NCBI GenBank assembly: GCA_965214605.1 | Contig: OZ243961.1 | Span: forward strand, 1,920,001 to 1,984,000 | DNA length: 64,000 nucleotides | Source: an uncultured Candidatus Binatia bacterium | GTDB lineage: Bacteria > Desulfobacterota > Binatia > Bin18 | Reading direction: 5' to 3' | In this document: one piece after another, positions 1 through 9,835 of the stretch | How positions within the stretch are numbered: the stretch's first letter is position 1 | Layout: every line of letters starts with the position of its first letter | Notes under the pieces: model-generated | The model's database searches: none | What the model was told of the DNA's origin: nothing | The model's input: the letters and a program-made list of their open reading frames with translations, nothing else | Position numbers and translations under genes: made by a program

Positions 1-162
1 GCAGAGGAAGACACGGGAGTGGCTTATCTCTTGGTAGGCGCGGCGTAACCACGCACGGCGCGCATATCCTCTGAGGTCAGACGTGGAGAGACGTTGAGCA
101 GGGCGGCTTGTGTTGCTCCTTCGCGCATTTTTTACACGATGCGTTCGGCATAAATTCGGGTT

Positions 163-489
163 TCACAAATACCCCCAAGTCCCACCCTGGGAGCTATTTC
201 GATACGCTCCATCACGACTAGTGTCTTTCTCTTGATGATCGCTCCCTGCTCCCCCTGCCACCGGCGGAAAAATGCTCAGACTATCCCCGTCGACCAAGAC
301 CCGGTCAAGCGCACGGGTTTGTTCGCCGTTGACGAGCACCATGTGGGCCAGAGCTTCCGGGATATCCAGTTGCTGGATCACCTCGCGTATAGTGGCATCT
401 TGGTCGAGAGCTAGGATGATCTTACCAGCCTTTGAGCCGGGCGGTAGGTGCTTGCGCAGCGTGGCAAACAGTCTGAGCTTGACTTCCAT
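163..489 (-). CDS. MoaD/ThiS-family sulfur carrier (ubiquitin-like) with a 28-aa extension after the GG motif
   Basis: MEVKLRLFATLR...LVNG...DGDSLSIFPPVAGG is a typical beta-grasp MoaD sequence; last gene of AOR operon 1; start overlaps the upstream stop. Confidence 0.85.
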   Translation of the reverse strand: MEVKLRLFATLRKHLPPGSKAGKIILALDQDATIREVIQQLDIPEALAHMVLVNGEQTRALDRVLVDGDSLSIFPPVAGGAGSDHQEKDTSRDGAYRNSSQGGTWGYL

Positions 490-1943
490 TACTCGGCCTT
501 TCCAATCCCTGGTGTGGGCGTCGGATTCAGATCACGGTAATGCGTGGACTGGGTGCTGACCAGCGGCGTGTGGTTGGCGGTCTTATCCCAGACGAGCGGC
601 GTTTTCCCGTCAACCCGATAGGGGCGGTCGCGAGACGGCGAGCCTAACAGCGTCCGCCCAATCAAGGCCTGGGCAACTCCGCTGGCAACATAGGCACGGC
701 GGATATCGGTCGGATGGGTCTTGACATAATCAACCCACTCGCCGAGGGGCTGCTGGGTCTGGATCAAGCCCTTGACCATACCCACATCGTTCAGCATCGT
801 CACGTCATCAATCGGTCCGACGAACAGGGCACCAACGATGCGATCTTCGTGCCACACATACTTGCGGTAGATCGGCCGGCTGGGGTTGAACACTGTCGTG
901 GTGTCATGTCCCTCGTCCCGCCAGAGGCCAAAGCTGGCGCAGTGCAGATGGACCACGTCCAGAACGTTGAGCAGCAGGCTGCCCGGATAATGGGTCTCTT
1001 GGCCGGCCATATTTGCCCCGGCAATCCGGCCGTGGTCAACCGCGGTGGGCTGGACGGCGTGGGCGGTGGCGGCGGTGTCAAGCGCCGTACGGCCAGACAG
1101 AATATCCGGACCAATCGCGACGTCGCCTGCCGCATAAATCCCCGGAATATTGGTCTGCATTCGGTCGTCAACCGGGATACCGCCAGGTTCTATATTGACC
1201 CCCGAATCGTCCAAAAAATCAATATTGGGGCGAATACCAGTCGCCATAATGACAAGATCCGCCTCAATCGTCTGCCCCGAACTGAGCGACAGCAACAGTT
1301 TCCCGTCATCGTTGCGCAGAATCTCTTGGACCTGAGTTGCGATATGAACGGCAATATCGCGAGCCGTCAACCAGTTCTTCACCGCGCTAGCACCGGTCGC
1401 ATCCAGCATCCGTGGCAGGACTTGGCTTTCCGCTTCCACCACCGCCAACGTCCAGTTCAGCTTAGCCATGGCATTCAGAACGATAAAGCCGATAAAACCC
1501 GCACCGATGAGCACCGCGCTCGGCGTGGCCTGGGCTTTAGCAATCACCTTTTGCGCGTCATCCAAGGTCCAGAACGAGTACACTCCCTCAAGATCGCTGC
1601 CCGGAATCGGCGGCTGTTGGGCGGACGAACCGGTTGCGAGCAGCAGGCTGTCAAACGCGCGGATCGTGCCATCGCTGAGCGTCACCGTCTTTTGCGCGCC
1701 ATCGACCCGTATGACTTCGGTACCGAGCAACGCCTCAATATTCCGCTTGGCAAAATAGTCCTCATCGCCGGTCAAGACGTGCTTTTCCGGAATTTCCCCG
1801 GCCAGATAGTACGGCAGCACCATCCGGGAATAAGCCGGTTCGTCAGAAATGAGGCTCACCGACGCATTGGCGTCGTAGGCCCGAATAGTTTCGGCCGCGG
1901 AAACGCCGGCCGGACCCGCACCAATAATGATATGTCGTGCCAT
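489..1943 (-). CDS. FAD/NAD(P)-dependent oxidoreductase (NirB/rubredoxin-reductase-like; probable AOR flavoprotein subunit)
   Basis: IIGAGPAG and LIGAGFIG Rossmann motifs, ATGS, TNIPGIYAAGD; directly downstream of AOR. Confidence 0.88.
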   Translation of the reverse strand: MARHIIIGAGPAGVSAAETIRAYDANASVSLISDEPAYSRMVLPYYLAGEIPEKHVLTGDEDYFAKRNIEALLGTEVIRVDGAQKTVTLSDGTIRAFDSLLLATGSSAQQPPIPGSDLEGVYSFWTLDDAQKVIAKAQATPSAVLIGAGFIGFIVLNAMAKLNWTLAVVEAESQVLPRMLDATGASAVKNWLTARDIAVHIATQVQEILRNDDGKLLLSLSSGQTIEADLVIMATGIRPNIDFLDDSGVNIEPGGIPVDDRMQTNIPGIYAAGDVAIGPDILSGRTALDTAATAHAVQPTAVDHGRIAGANMAGQETHYPGSLLLNVLDVVHLHCASFGLWRDEGHDTTTVFNPSRPIYRKYVWHEDRIVGALFVGPIDDVTMLNDVGMVKGLIQTQQPLGEWVDYVKTHPTDIRRAYVASGVAQALIGRTLLGSPSRDRPYRVDGKTPLVWDKTANHTPLVSTQSTHYRDLNPTPTPGIGKAE

Positions 1944-1953
1944 CGTTGATCCC

Positions 1954-3804
1954 TCAGGCTTCGTCTAAGCCCAACTCTCGCCGCTTCTCCGGCGTCACCT
2001 TGCCGTCTTTATCCCAACCGCGCAGCTGATAGTACTCGGGCAGCATCTCGCCTAGACGGTTGACCTTGCCTTTGGCCGGGCCGGACGGTAAGGGTTCCTC
2101 CAGAATCCGCTTAGGCAGAGTATCTGCGCTTCCACCTACGCCAGCCCGTTCGTTCCAGCACCGCTCCAGATTCCAGATCCGCTCACCAATGGTCAGCAGC
2201 TCTTCCAGACCAAAATCCACCCCGGTTGCCGCCACTAGCTGGGGCAGCATTTCTTCCAAACCTACGCCAAAGGTCAGGAACTGGCACAGTCCGGTTGCGT
2301 CGACCGTCGAGGTCGCGTCCTGAAAGAGTTTGGTAATTTCGGCCTTGCCCTCGGTTTCGTTAGGGTCCATCTGACGCGGCAGACCCAAAATCTCAGCTGC
2401 CACCGTATACGCTTTCAGATGGCACGCGCCCCGGTTCGAGGTGGCGTAGCCCAGGCCCATGCCCTGAATCGCGCGGGCTTCATAGGCGGCAAACTCCTGA
2501 CCGCGCACTCCCATGAAGAACTCTGGACGACCGAACTTCTCGGTCATCCGTTTCGAGCCTTCGGCCAGCTCGGTGCCAAACCCCCGACGATAGGCGATCT
2601 GCTCAGCCATGCTTAGCAGCGCTTCAGAACTCCCAAAATCCAACGGAATCTCGGTCTGTTCGAGCGACACGACTTTCTTTTCGTACAGTTCCATAGCAGC
2701 GGCCACGGTAGCGCCAAAGCTAATCGCGTCCATCCCCAGATCGTTGCATAACCAGTTGGCCTTAATCAGGGCGTCCAAATCGCCGATCCCGCACTCCGAG
2801 CCCATGGCCCAGGCGGCTTCATACTCGGGGCCCTCGCCCGCAATCTTCCAGTTCCGGGGGCTGGTGCTGACCTCATATTTACCCGCTGCCTCGCCCGGCA
2901 GGGTTGAAACCCGTCCACACGCAATCGCGCAGGAAAAACAAGCTTTATTCGCCACCAGCCGCGTCTCTGTCAGCGTCTCTCCACTGATGTCTTCGGCCTC
3001 TTCAAACACCGACTGCTGGTGGTTACGAGTCGGCAGAGCTCCGTGTTCGTTGATCACGTTGACCAAAACCTCGGTGCCGTACATGGGCAGCCCCTGAGAG
3101 GTGACCGGCGACTCGCGGAGCTTTTCCTTCATCTCCCACATACCTTTCATAAAAGCCATGGGGTCGGCCAGCGTGACCCCGCCAGTCCCTCGTACAGCGA
3201 TCGCTTTGAGATTTTTTGAGCCCATGACCGCACCAACCCCGGATCGGCCGGCCGCCCGGTGCAGATCGTTCATAATACAGGCAAAGCGCACCAGGTTCTC
3301 ACCAGCCGGACCGATGCTGGCGATAATCGTGTCAGGCACGCCAAGCTCGGTCCGCAACGCTTCCTCGGTCTCCCAGACCGTTTTTCCCCACAGCTGGCCG
3401 GCCTCTCGGATCTCAACGGCTCCGTCATAGATCCACAGGTAACACGGCGACGACGCCCTCCCTTCGAGAATCAACATATCGTAGCCAGCAAACTTGAGTT
3501 CCGGTCCCCAGGAGCCGCCCGAATTTGAGGTGGTAATCGCGTTGGTCAGCGGCCCTTTGGTGACAACCATATAGCGCGATCCACACGAAGCGCTAGTTCC
3601 GGTCAGGGGGCCGGTCACAAACAGCAGCTTGTTGTCAGGGTTGAGCGCGTCGACCGTTGGGTCCACCTCATCGGTCAGGTATCTAGCTCCGAGTCCACGT
3701 CCGCCAACATACTCTCTGGCCCACTGTTCATTCAGAGGCTCTTTAACGATGGTCCGCTCTGTCAGATTGATCCGCAGAACCGTTCCTGTCCATCCGCTTG
3801 ACAT
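1954..3804 (-). CDS. aor: Tungsten-type aldehyde:ferredoxin oxidoreductase, catalytic subunit
   Basis: GGRGLG, AAGRSGVGAVMGSKNLKAIAV, CFSCAIAC, EGPEYE, DATGLC, EYYQLRGWD motifs; 616 aa. Confidence 0.95.
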   Translation of the reverse strand: MSSGWTGTVLRINLTERTIVKEPLNEQWAREYVGGRGLGARYLTDEVDPTVDALNPDNKLLFVTGPLTGTSASCGSRYMVVTKGPLTNAITTSNSGGSWGPELKFAGYDMLILEGRASSPCYLWIYDGAVEIREAGQLWGKTVWETEEALRTELGVPDTIIASIGPAGENLVRFACIMNDLHRAAGRSGVGAVMGSKNLKAIAVRGTGGVTLADPMAFMKGMWEMKEKLRESPVTSQGLPMYGTEVLVNVINEHGALPTRNHQQSVFEEAEDISGETLTETRLVANKACFSCAIACGRVSTLPGEAAGKYEVSTSPRNWKIAGEGPEYEAAWAMGSECGIGDLDALIKANWLCNDLGMDAISFGATVAAAMELYEKKVVSLEQTEIPLDFGSSEALLSMAEQIAYRRGFGTELAEGSKRMTEKFGRPEFFMGVRGQEFAAYEARAIQGMGLGYATSNRGACHLKAYTVAAEILGLPRQMDPNETEGKAEITKLFQDATSTVDATGLCQFLTFGVGLEEMLPQLVAATGVDFGLEELLTIGERIWNLERCWNERAGVGGSADTLPKRILEEPLPSGPAKGKVNRLGEMLPEYYQLRGWDKDGKVTPEKRRELGLDEA

Positions 3805-3815
3805 ATGCTGCCTCC

Positions 3816-4295
3816 TTATTTGTCAGCCGGTCCGGCACCAAAGCCGTGATTGACCCGGTCCGCCCAGCCGCTCAACCAGTCGGCCTGTTCCATGTCAACA
3901 TATTCGAGGGCTCCGGTCGGGCATGAGTGGACACAGGCCGGCTCGCCGCCACACAAATCACACTTAAACGCTTTATGGGTGTCTGGATGATAAAAAATCG
4001 TCCCATACGGGCAGGCCACCGTACAAACGGCACAGCCAACACACACATCATCCATCACAACCTTAGCTTGTGTGTCGGGATCAATGGCAATTGCGTTGAC
4101 CGGGCAGGCTGTCAGACACCAAGCTTCGTCACACTGAAAACAGGTGTAGGGCGAGTAAACGGCCTGCTCATCAAAGATATGGACTCGGATCACGGAGCGG
4201 GCCGGTTGAAAAGTACCGGTTTGGACAAACGCGCAGGCCAGTTCGCACTGCACGCAGCCCGTACATTTATCGGTGATAACACGGAGCTGTTTCAT
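3816..4295 (-). CDS. 4Fe-4S dicluster protein (AOR electron-transfer subunit)
   Basis: Four Cys clusters (CTGCVQCELAC, CFQCDEAWCLTACP, CVGCAVCTVACP, CDLCGGEPACVHSCP); ATG at 4295 follows a GGAGG RBS. Confidence 0.92.
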   Translation of the reverse strand: MKQLRVITDKCTGCVQCELACAFVQTGTFQPARSVIRVHIFDEQAVYSPYTCFQCDEAWCLTACPVNAIAIDPDTQAKVVMDDVCVGCAVCTVACPYGTIFYHPDTHKAFKCDLCGGEPACVHSCPTGALEYVDMEQADWLSGWADRVNHGFGAGPADK

Positions 4296-4507
4296 GCACC
4301 CTCCTTCCTCTGAAACGGGACCAGCCCCAGAGCACTCAGCTAGGGTCATCTTAAACCCCTGGGCTCAGAGATCAACTGTCAGAAGCAGTCTCGGTCGAGG
4401 AGCGATTCGAGAACCAGTTCCACACGACCGAGCTCGTACATGTGGCCCTCTCCCCCGTTTGCAACGAATGTGGTATACTGGATAGGTTTCCAGCAGGAGG
4501 AATTGTT

Positions 4508-5854
4508 ATGTCTAAAGCTTACCGGCCGACAGCTCGATTGGTGGGATGCCTGTTTGCTACACTCCTTGTGTTCCATCCGCCGACCTGGGCCGCCGACAAT
4601 AGCACTCCACCGCCGGCCGAACGCAGCTGGCGGCTTTTGTCGGAACTGTCCCCTGAAGAACGGCAGCGGCTCGACTTTTCGACCAATACTCCACGCGACG
4701 CCAATGTTCCATATATGCCGGCCGAGCCATATCCTTTTCAGCCGCCCTATACGCCCGAAGAGATCGGCTTTCGCACGATGGAATTCCCCCACATGCCACG
4801 CTGGAACTGCGTTCAGATCGAAGACAGCGGGACCCTTACCCCGACCGGCTACTTGTTTATTAACCAGATTATCGTCCTAGTCCAATATCAGGAGCCGGCC
4901 GGCCTCATGGGCCAGATTTTGGCCAAACCTGGCGACATCTTCTCACGCTGGCTGAGCCAAGATATTGCTCCACCAGAAAACCACGGCAACCAGCTCCTGT
5001 TTAATACCTATCGGACTGACAAAGAAGTCACCAAGAAGGCCGATATGTTCGGCTACTCGCCGACTCTCCGTCGCGTGCGGCGCTTTCCCCAACCGCGCCG
5101 TCAGGATAAGTTTCCCAATCAGCCGGTCGCCTATGACGACTTTTTGGGCCGTGACGCCTGGGAGTTCTCGTGGCGGGTGATTGGCACCGATGTTCTGTAT
5201 GAGACAGCCCGGTTTCCGACCACTCGTCAGTTCATGACCCTCCGCGCAAAAGACGGCTCCTTCATCGATGTCCCAGCGTCAGCCCTCAAGCTAATGGGCG
5301 AAGAATATCCGTACTATACCGAAGACGGGGGCGTCCGTACGTATGTGATGGAGGCGACGGCAAAACAGGACTGGCTGCCCAGCTATTATGCGCCCCGGAT
5401 TCTGTACTGGGTCGATCAGGAATACTTCTATCCCTTGCGCATCGAATCCTACGGATCAGAGGGCGAGGTTGTCTTAATTGAAGAGCGCATCGCCGAGCTG
5501 ATGAACCCCGCGCTCAAGGAGCGGGGCTATCACAACCTGCTCTCCCTGTGGTGGGACCCGCAGCAGGACTTCTATTCCTACGGAGTACACGACGCGATGG
5601 AGCTTCGCGAGTGGAGCCGGCAGGATAAAGACGTGTTTTTTAATCCCGACTTTATGCGTCGCGGCTGGTTTCCGGTACCGCTGAAAACCCAATCCGGGGT
5701 AAGCACCCCCGAAGAGTTTTATCTGCGCCCCCATCTGTACCGAGACAAGTTTCCGAGTGAACGAACGATTGAGCTGCCAGCGACTCTTGAAGCCCGCATT
5801 AAAGCCCAGAACGAAGCCGGGCATATTGTCTTTATCGGCGGCGGGGAGAGTTGA
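4508..5854 (+). CDS. DUF1329-like exported protein (outer-membrane lipoprotein-sorting fold)
   Basis: Signal-peptide-like N-terminus (..PPTWA-A), YSPTLRRVRR motif, RILYWVDQEYFYP; CAGGAGG RBS before ATG 4508. Confidence 0.65.
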   Translation: MSKAYRPTARLVGCLFATLLVFHPPTWAADNSTPPPAERSWRLLSELSPEERQRLDFSTNTPRDANVPYMPAEPYPFQPPYTPEEIGFRTMEFPHMPRWNCVQIEDSGTLTPTGYLFINQIIVLVQYQEPAGLMGQILAKPGDIFSRWLSQDIAPPENHGNQLLFNTYRTDKEVTKKADMFGYSPTLRRVRRFPQPRRQDKFPNQPVAYDDFLGRDAWEFSWRVIGTDVLYETARFPTTRQFMTLRAKDGSFIDVPASALKLMGEEYPYYTEDGGVRTYVMEATAKQDWLPSYYAPRILYWVDQEYFYPLRIESYGSEGEVVLIEERIAELMNPALKERGYHNLLSLWWDPQQDFYSYGVHDAMELREWSRQDKDVFFNPDFMRRGWFPVPLKTQSGVSTPEEFYLRPHLYRDKFPSERTIELPATLEARIKAQNEAGHIVFIGGGES

Positions 5855-5912
5855 TTTTTCAGGACAGCGAACGGTGGAAGGTGAGCAGGGCGGGGAGAGG
5901 GAGGAATCGACC

Positions 5913-6194
5913 TCAGCCACCAGCTATGCCAACCATAAAAACGATCGTCTCGCCGTCTTCCAGGCGATCGTCAATAAAAAGCCGGTTGCCTTTCGAGTCG
6001 AGATACAGGGTTCCCTTGGTGTTCAGGTCATTCGTATCGGGATCGATCAGGAGCGCCTGCATCTCCGCGCCGTATTTGTGAGTAATCAGTTCGGCCAGCT
6101 CAGACACCAGCGGCTGCTCAAGCTGGAAGCTCTCTCCTAACACCTGGGTAATTTCTCGGAAACGAGCTTGATATTCCGTGTGTACCGTAATCAC
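5913..6194 (-). CDS. MoaD/ThiS-family sulfur carrier
   Basis: 93 aa ending ..LEDGETIVFMVGIAGG; downstream of AOR 2. Confidence 0.8.
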   Translation of the reverse strand: MITVHTEYQARFREITQVLGESFQLEQPLVSELAELITHKYGAEMQALLIDPDTNDLNTKGTLYLDSKGNRLFIDDRLEDGETIVFMVGIAGG

Positions 6195-6217
6195 GAGAGG
6201 GTTCCTCCTTAGCCTCA

Positions 6218-6244
6218 GGGTCCTCTTCCCTTTGGAGAGGACCC
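6218..6244. terminator. Stem-loop between AOR2 and its moaD-like gene
   Basis: GGGTCCTCT-TCCCTTTGG-AGAGGACCC inverted repeat; no clear U-tract. Confidence 0.35.
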
Positions 6245-6254
6245 CGCTCAGGCT

Positions 6255-8279
6255 TTAGTCCGGCAGGTTGGGCGCATTGCTTGGTGCTTTGACCACCTGT
6301 ACAGACTTGCGGCCTTGTTCGCCGACCAGGGCTTTCTCCGCGGCCAGCACGTCGGCCACATCTTGCAGACCCAAGTCGTCGAGTTTGGCACGCGTTTGCA
6401 GGCCAGTTGTTTTATCCCAGCCACGCCACTCGTAGTACTCGTCCAGGACCTGATCAAACATATCGGCCGCCACTCGCCCTTCGTACATACCTTCCGGCGT
6501 AGGCTCGTGCATCCAGCGCTCACAGATGGTGTCGTGTTCACGCCGCATCCCTAAACGCGAGTTAAAGGCTTTCTCCAGATTACAGATCCGCTCGCCATCC
6601 CGCATCAGCTCTTCTTTGGTTCGGTCGATTCCAGTCACCTCAGCGTAGGCTTTGCCATAGTAGCTCTCCGGTGCATAGCCCAGAGGATCAAGTAGCCAGT
6701 GAAACATACACACCCCGTAGGAGTTGATCAGCGCCACCTGGTTCTCAATGACGGCAGTGCAGGCGCCTTTAAGATCGGGCACGGTTGGATCACCAGCGAT
6801 CGGTGTCCCAAAATACGCCTTGGACAGATCTTTACGCTGGAATTTTTCGATCAGGCCAATGCCTTTAAGATGGTCGGCCCCGCGCGACGCCACCGCCATG
6901 TTGTTCATCCAGGTCGGAAACGGGCGCATCTCCTCGGTGAAACTGGCTCCGCCCTTGCCGTAGATGGCGTACTTCATAAAGTTTTGGCCCATCTTCTCGG
7001 AGTAGCGCAGCGCACCCCAGTAGGCTCCGTCACGGAACATCCAGCCGAACGGGTTCTCTTGGTGGACCACACTCCGCACCAGGCTCTCAATATCCTCCAT
7101 ATTGCCCCATTCGAGCCGCTGGGATTTGCCGAACAGTTCGGCCACGTCAGTATCGGAGATCAGCTCCCGTTGCCTCAGCTCCATGATGAAGCTGATGGAG
7201 CAGCTCAGGTCCTGATTATCAATGCCGTACTCGTTGGTAATTTTGCCCCAGTGTGCGACTTCAGCCCAGTCTCGGACGTCCATTGCCCCAGCGCTGCTGC
7301 CGGTTGTTAGATATTCGGGATGGCGAAAGGATTCGCCGATATATTTCTCGGCCCGGTCTGACTCATGGCCCTCGATTTTATACCGACCGTCGCAGGCGAT
7401 GTAGCAGTCGGAAGAGCACACCTCGGAGTATTTGTGGTACTTCTTGACCCAGTTGTCGGAGCGGACTTCTTCACCTCGAAACATGCTGCCCTGGTTATTG
7501 CGCCAGAAATTCCCGCCGATCCGCTGGTACATCTCCACCGCTCCCAGCGTGCCCCGCCGTTTGAAGCCGTAGCCCGCCTCATTGGTATCAATCTTACTGC
7601 GAAAATCGTCCGACCAGTCCAGCAGACCCGTCGGGTTTTCTACCTTGATGCCCAGATTACCCTGGACCGCAATGGCTTTGAGGTTCTTGGAGCCCATCAC
7701 CGCTCCACCGCCACAGCGGGCGTGAATCCGCCAGCCGTCCGATATCACGCCGGCAATACCGACCTGGTTCTCGCCTGCCTGACCTATCGACAGCGTATAC
7801 GCCTGTGACGGATAGGGACCCAACTCTTTTTGCAGCGCGGCGTGCGTCTCCGAGCTGTTTTTGCCCCACAGGTGCCGAGCATCGCAGATGGTCACCTCAT
7901 CGTTGGCAATATGCAGATAGACCGGCTTGGGCGCTCTGCCGGTAACGGCAATATAATCATAGCCGCTAAAGCGAATGGCGTAGGGGAACTTGCCACCACC
8001 GGTGGAGTCGCCAAAGATCCCATAACATGGGCTCTTGAAGGTAATGCGCCCCTTGACCCCAATACCGGCACCGGTGCCAGCCAGCGGCCCAACACCAAAC
8101 ACAAAGATGTTATCCGGCCCACGCGGATCACCGTTAATATCGTGGTTCAGGAAGTGTTCCCACATGATCCAGTTGTTAATCCCCGAGCCACCAATCCAGC
8201 GTTCGAATATCGAGTGGGGAAGAATCTCGGTCTTGATCTCGTTAGTGCTTAAATTGATCCGTAGTAGTCGACTTTCCAT
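6255..8279 (-). CDS. aor: Second aldehyde:ferredoxin oxidoreductase (AOR/WOR family), divergent
   Basis: WIGGSGIN, HARCGGGAVMGSKNLKAIAV, CSSDCYIAC, RGADHL, EKAFNSRLG, DEYYEWRGWD; 674 aa. Confidence 0.92.
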   Translation of the reverse strand: MESRLLRINLSTNEIKTEILPHSIFERWIGGSGINNWIMWEHFLNHDINGDPRGPDNIFVFGVGPLAGTGAGIGVKGRITFKSPCYGIFGDSTGGGKFPYAIRFSGYDYIAVTGRAPKPVYLHIANDEVTICDARHLWGKNSSETHAALQKELGPYPSQAYTLSIGQAGENQVGIAGVISDGWRIHARCGGGAVMGSKNLKAIAVQGNLGIKVENPTGLLDWSDDFRSKIDTNEAGYGFKRRGTLGAVEMYQRIGGNFWRNNQGSMFRGEEVRSDNWVKKYHKYSEVCSSDCYIACDGRYKIEGHESDRAEKYIGESFRHPEYLTTGSSAGAMDVRDWAEVAHWGKITNEYGIDNQDLSCSISFIMELRQRELISDTDVAELFGKSQRLEWGNMEDIESLVRSVVHQENPFGWMFRDGAYWGALRYSEKMGQNFMKYAIYGKGGASFTEEMRPFPTWMNNMAVASRGADHLKGIGLIEKFQRKDLSKAYFGTPIAGDPTVPDLKGACTAVIENQVALINSYGVCMFHWLLDPLGYAPESYYGKAYAEVTGIDRTKEELMRDGERICNLEKAFNSRLGMRREHDTICERWMHEPTPEGMYEGRVAADMFDQVLDEYYEWRGWDKTTGLQTRAKLDDLGLQDVADVLAAEKALVGEQGRKSVQVVKAPSNAPNLPD

Positions 8280-8327
8280 GGCTGGGACTCCTTCTTGTTA
8301 TCCGAATCCACTTCGAGCGCCTCGCCG

Positions 8328-8981
8328 TTAGGCAGAGCTGCTAATTTTCCCCTTCGACAGCATGGCTTGCATGATGCCGACTTCATCGCGTTTCTCTGGC
8401 GTTTGGCGCAGTATGTTACTAAACACCGCTTTTTCCTCAAAGAACAGCACGCTTGACCGGTTGTACTGTTTTCCCGCGTTCAGCATTTCGGGCCGAGTCG
8501 AACACGCTTTGACGCACGCTGGGTCACCGCCGCACAGGTCGCATTTGAGCACCTCGCCACTTGGAGCGACAAAGACCGTGTCAAACGGACAGGCGGGCAC
8601 GCACTCCATGCACTGGATGCATTTATCCTGATCAATAATAGCGGCCTGGGTGACGGGATCGTAATAGAATGCGTCCGTCGGGCACACCTTGGCACACGGC
8701 GGAGGGTTGGCACAGTGGTGGCAGATCTCGGCCGTAAAGCCGAACCCGTCCTTACTGACCCGCGTTTCTACGGTTGGGGCGTGTTCAATTTTGATGCGTG
8801 TCCACAGCGGATTGAGTTCTCCGTCGGGTGAGTGGATGAGAGAGCAGGCAACCTCGCAGATTTTGCAATCAGTGCAAAGGTTTTGTAGGGCAAAGAGCTT
8901 TTTATTGACGTTAGGGATTTTTTCGCCCGGTTGATACCAGACCTCCCCGTTAGCTAGCTCCTTTTGGGGCGATACAGGCAT
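8328..8981 (-). CDS. 4Fe-4S dicluster protein (subunit of AOR 2)
   Basis: CTDCKICEVAC, CHHCANPPPCAKVCP, CIQCMECVPACP, CDLCGGDPACVKAC. Confidence 0.9.
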   Translation of the reverse strand: MPVSPQKELANGEVWYQPGEKIPNVNKKLFALQNLCTDCKICEVACSLIHSPDGELNPLWTRIKIEHAPTVETRVSKDGFGFTAEICHHCANPPPCAKVCPTDAFYYDPVTQAAIIDQDKCIQCMECVPACPFDTVFVAPSGEVLKCDLCGGDPACVKACSTRPEMLNAGKQYNRSSVLFFEEKAVFSNILRQTPEKRDEVGIMQAMLSKGKISSSA

Positions 8982-9046
8982 ACGGCCCTCCTTCCGTGCC
9001 CGCTATGTAATCCGGTTCTTGATTGCCTGTCAAGGAAAAAAGACGT

Positions 9047-9370
9047 ATGGAGGAAGAGAAATATCCAACGACGCCGAAGGAGACCAGCCGTATGAGGGAC
9101 ACCAATCCAACGGAGGCACTGTTGCACCCCACTCTGGGCAAACTGCCCGCCCGCAAAGTTCTCGAGTGTATCTTTGCCCTGTCGCCTGAGGGTCCGTATG
9201 TGCACTATCATCTTGAAGAGGTCACCGTGACGGAAGACACCGACGGTATCGTCTACAGCCTCAACGGCCGACCCCCGGCTGCCGGACGTGAGCGGTGCCG
9301 GATTATTCCGCCTCTGGTCAACCAGTTTGATCGCTTCGAGAGTGTGGCCTCAGCGCCTCGAGAGTTGTAA
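9047..9370 (+). CDS. Hypothetical protein
   Basis: ORF divergent from AOR2 operon, 10 bp upstream of the rhodanese gene; no recognisable motif. Confidence 0.5.
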   Translation: MEEEKYPTTPKETSRMRDTNPTEALLHPTLGKLPARKVLECIFALSPEGPYVHYHLEEVTVTEDTDGIVYSLNGRPPAAGRERCRIIPPLVNQFDRFESVASAPREL

Positions 9371-9380
9371 GGAGCCCGCT

Positions 9381-9821
9381 ATGGATCACTCAGTCATGAG
9401 TCCCCAGGAAGTCAAAGCCGCCCTGAGCGGCGACAAGCCCGCGACCTATGTTGATGTGCGGACGGTGGCCGAATTTTCCAGCGGCCACCCCAAGGGCAAG
9501 GTGGTGAACATCCCGCTGGTTTTTTTCCATCCTACATCCAAAGAGGTCTTTCCCAACCAGAGTTTTTTGCAGGTAGTCGAAGACTTATACGTCAGAGATG
9601 CGCGGCTCATCACGGGCTGCGATGACGGAACGCGTGCCGGGCAGGCAGCTCAAAAGCTGGCCGAAGCCGGCTATAGCAATGTGTACGTCATGCCGGACGG
9701 ATTTCCCGGCTGGCGTAAACACCATCTTCCCACCACCCAGGACAATCGGGACGGCATCAGCTATGCCTCGCTGCTGACCCGGGTCAAACGCAAGAAGGGC
9801 AAGAAAAAAGTGGCACATTAA
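9381..9821 (+). CDS. Rhodanese-like domain protein
   Basis: YVDVRTVAEFSSGHP, GCDDGTRA active-site loop, AGYSNVYVMPDGFPGW; AAGGAG RBS. Confidence 0.88.
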   Translation: MDHSVMSPQEVKAALSGDKPATYVDVRTVAEFSSGHPKGKVVNIPLVFFHPTSKEVFPNQSFLQVVEDLYVRDARLITGCDDGTRAGQAAQKLAEAGYSNVYVMPDGFPGWRKHHLPTTQDNRDGISYASLLTRVKRKKGKKKVAH

Positions 9822-9835
9822 GACAGCAGGAGCCT

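Noticed and set aside
714-1949. 411-aa plus-strand ORF and similar long antisense ORFs (e.g. 6699-7310, 25469-26062, 53472-54320, 58003-58635)
   Set aside because: Shadow ORFs opposite well-supported genes in GC-rich DNA, with no motifs.
5913-9821. MoaD and rhodanese genes as sulfur donors for the PAPS-reductase cassette
   Set aside because: They are more than 9 kb away and adequately explained by pterin-cofactor maturation for the AORs.
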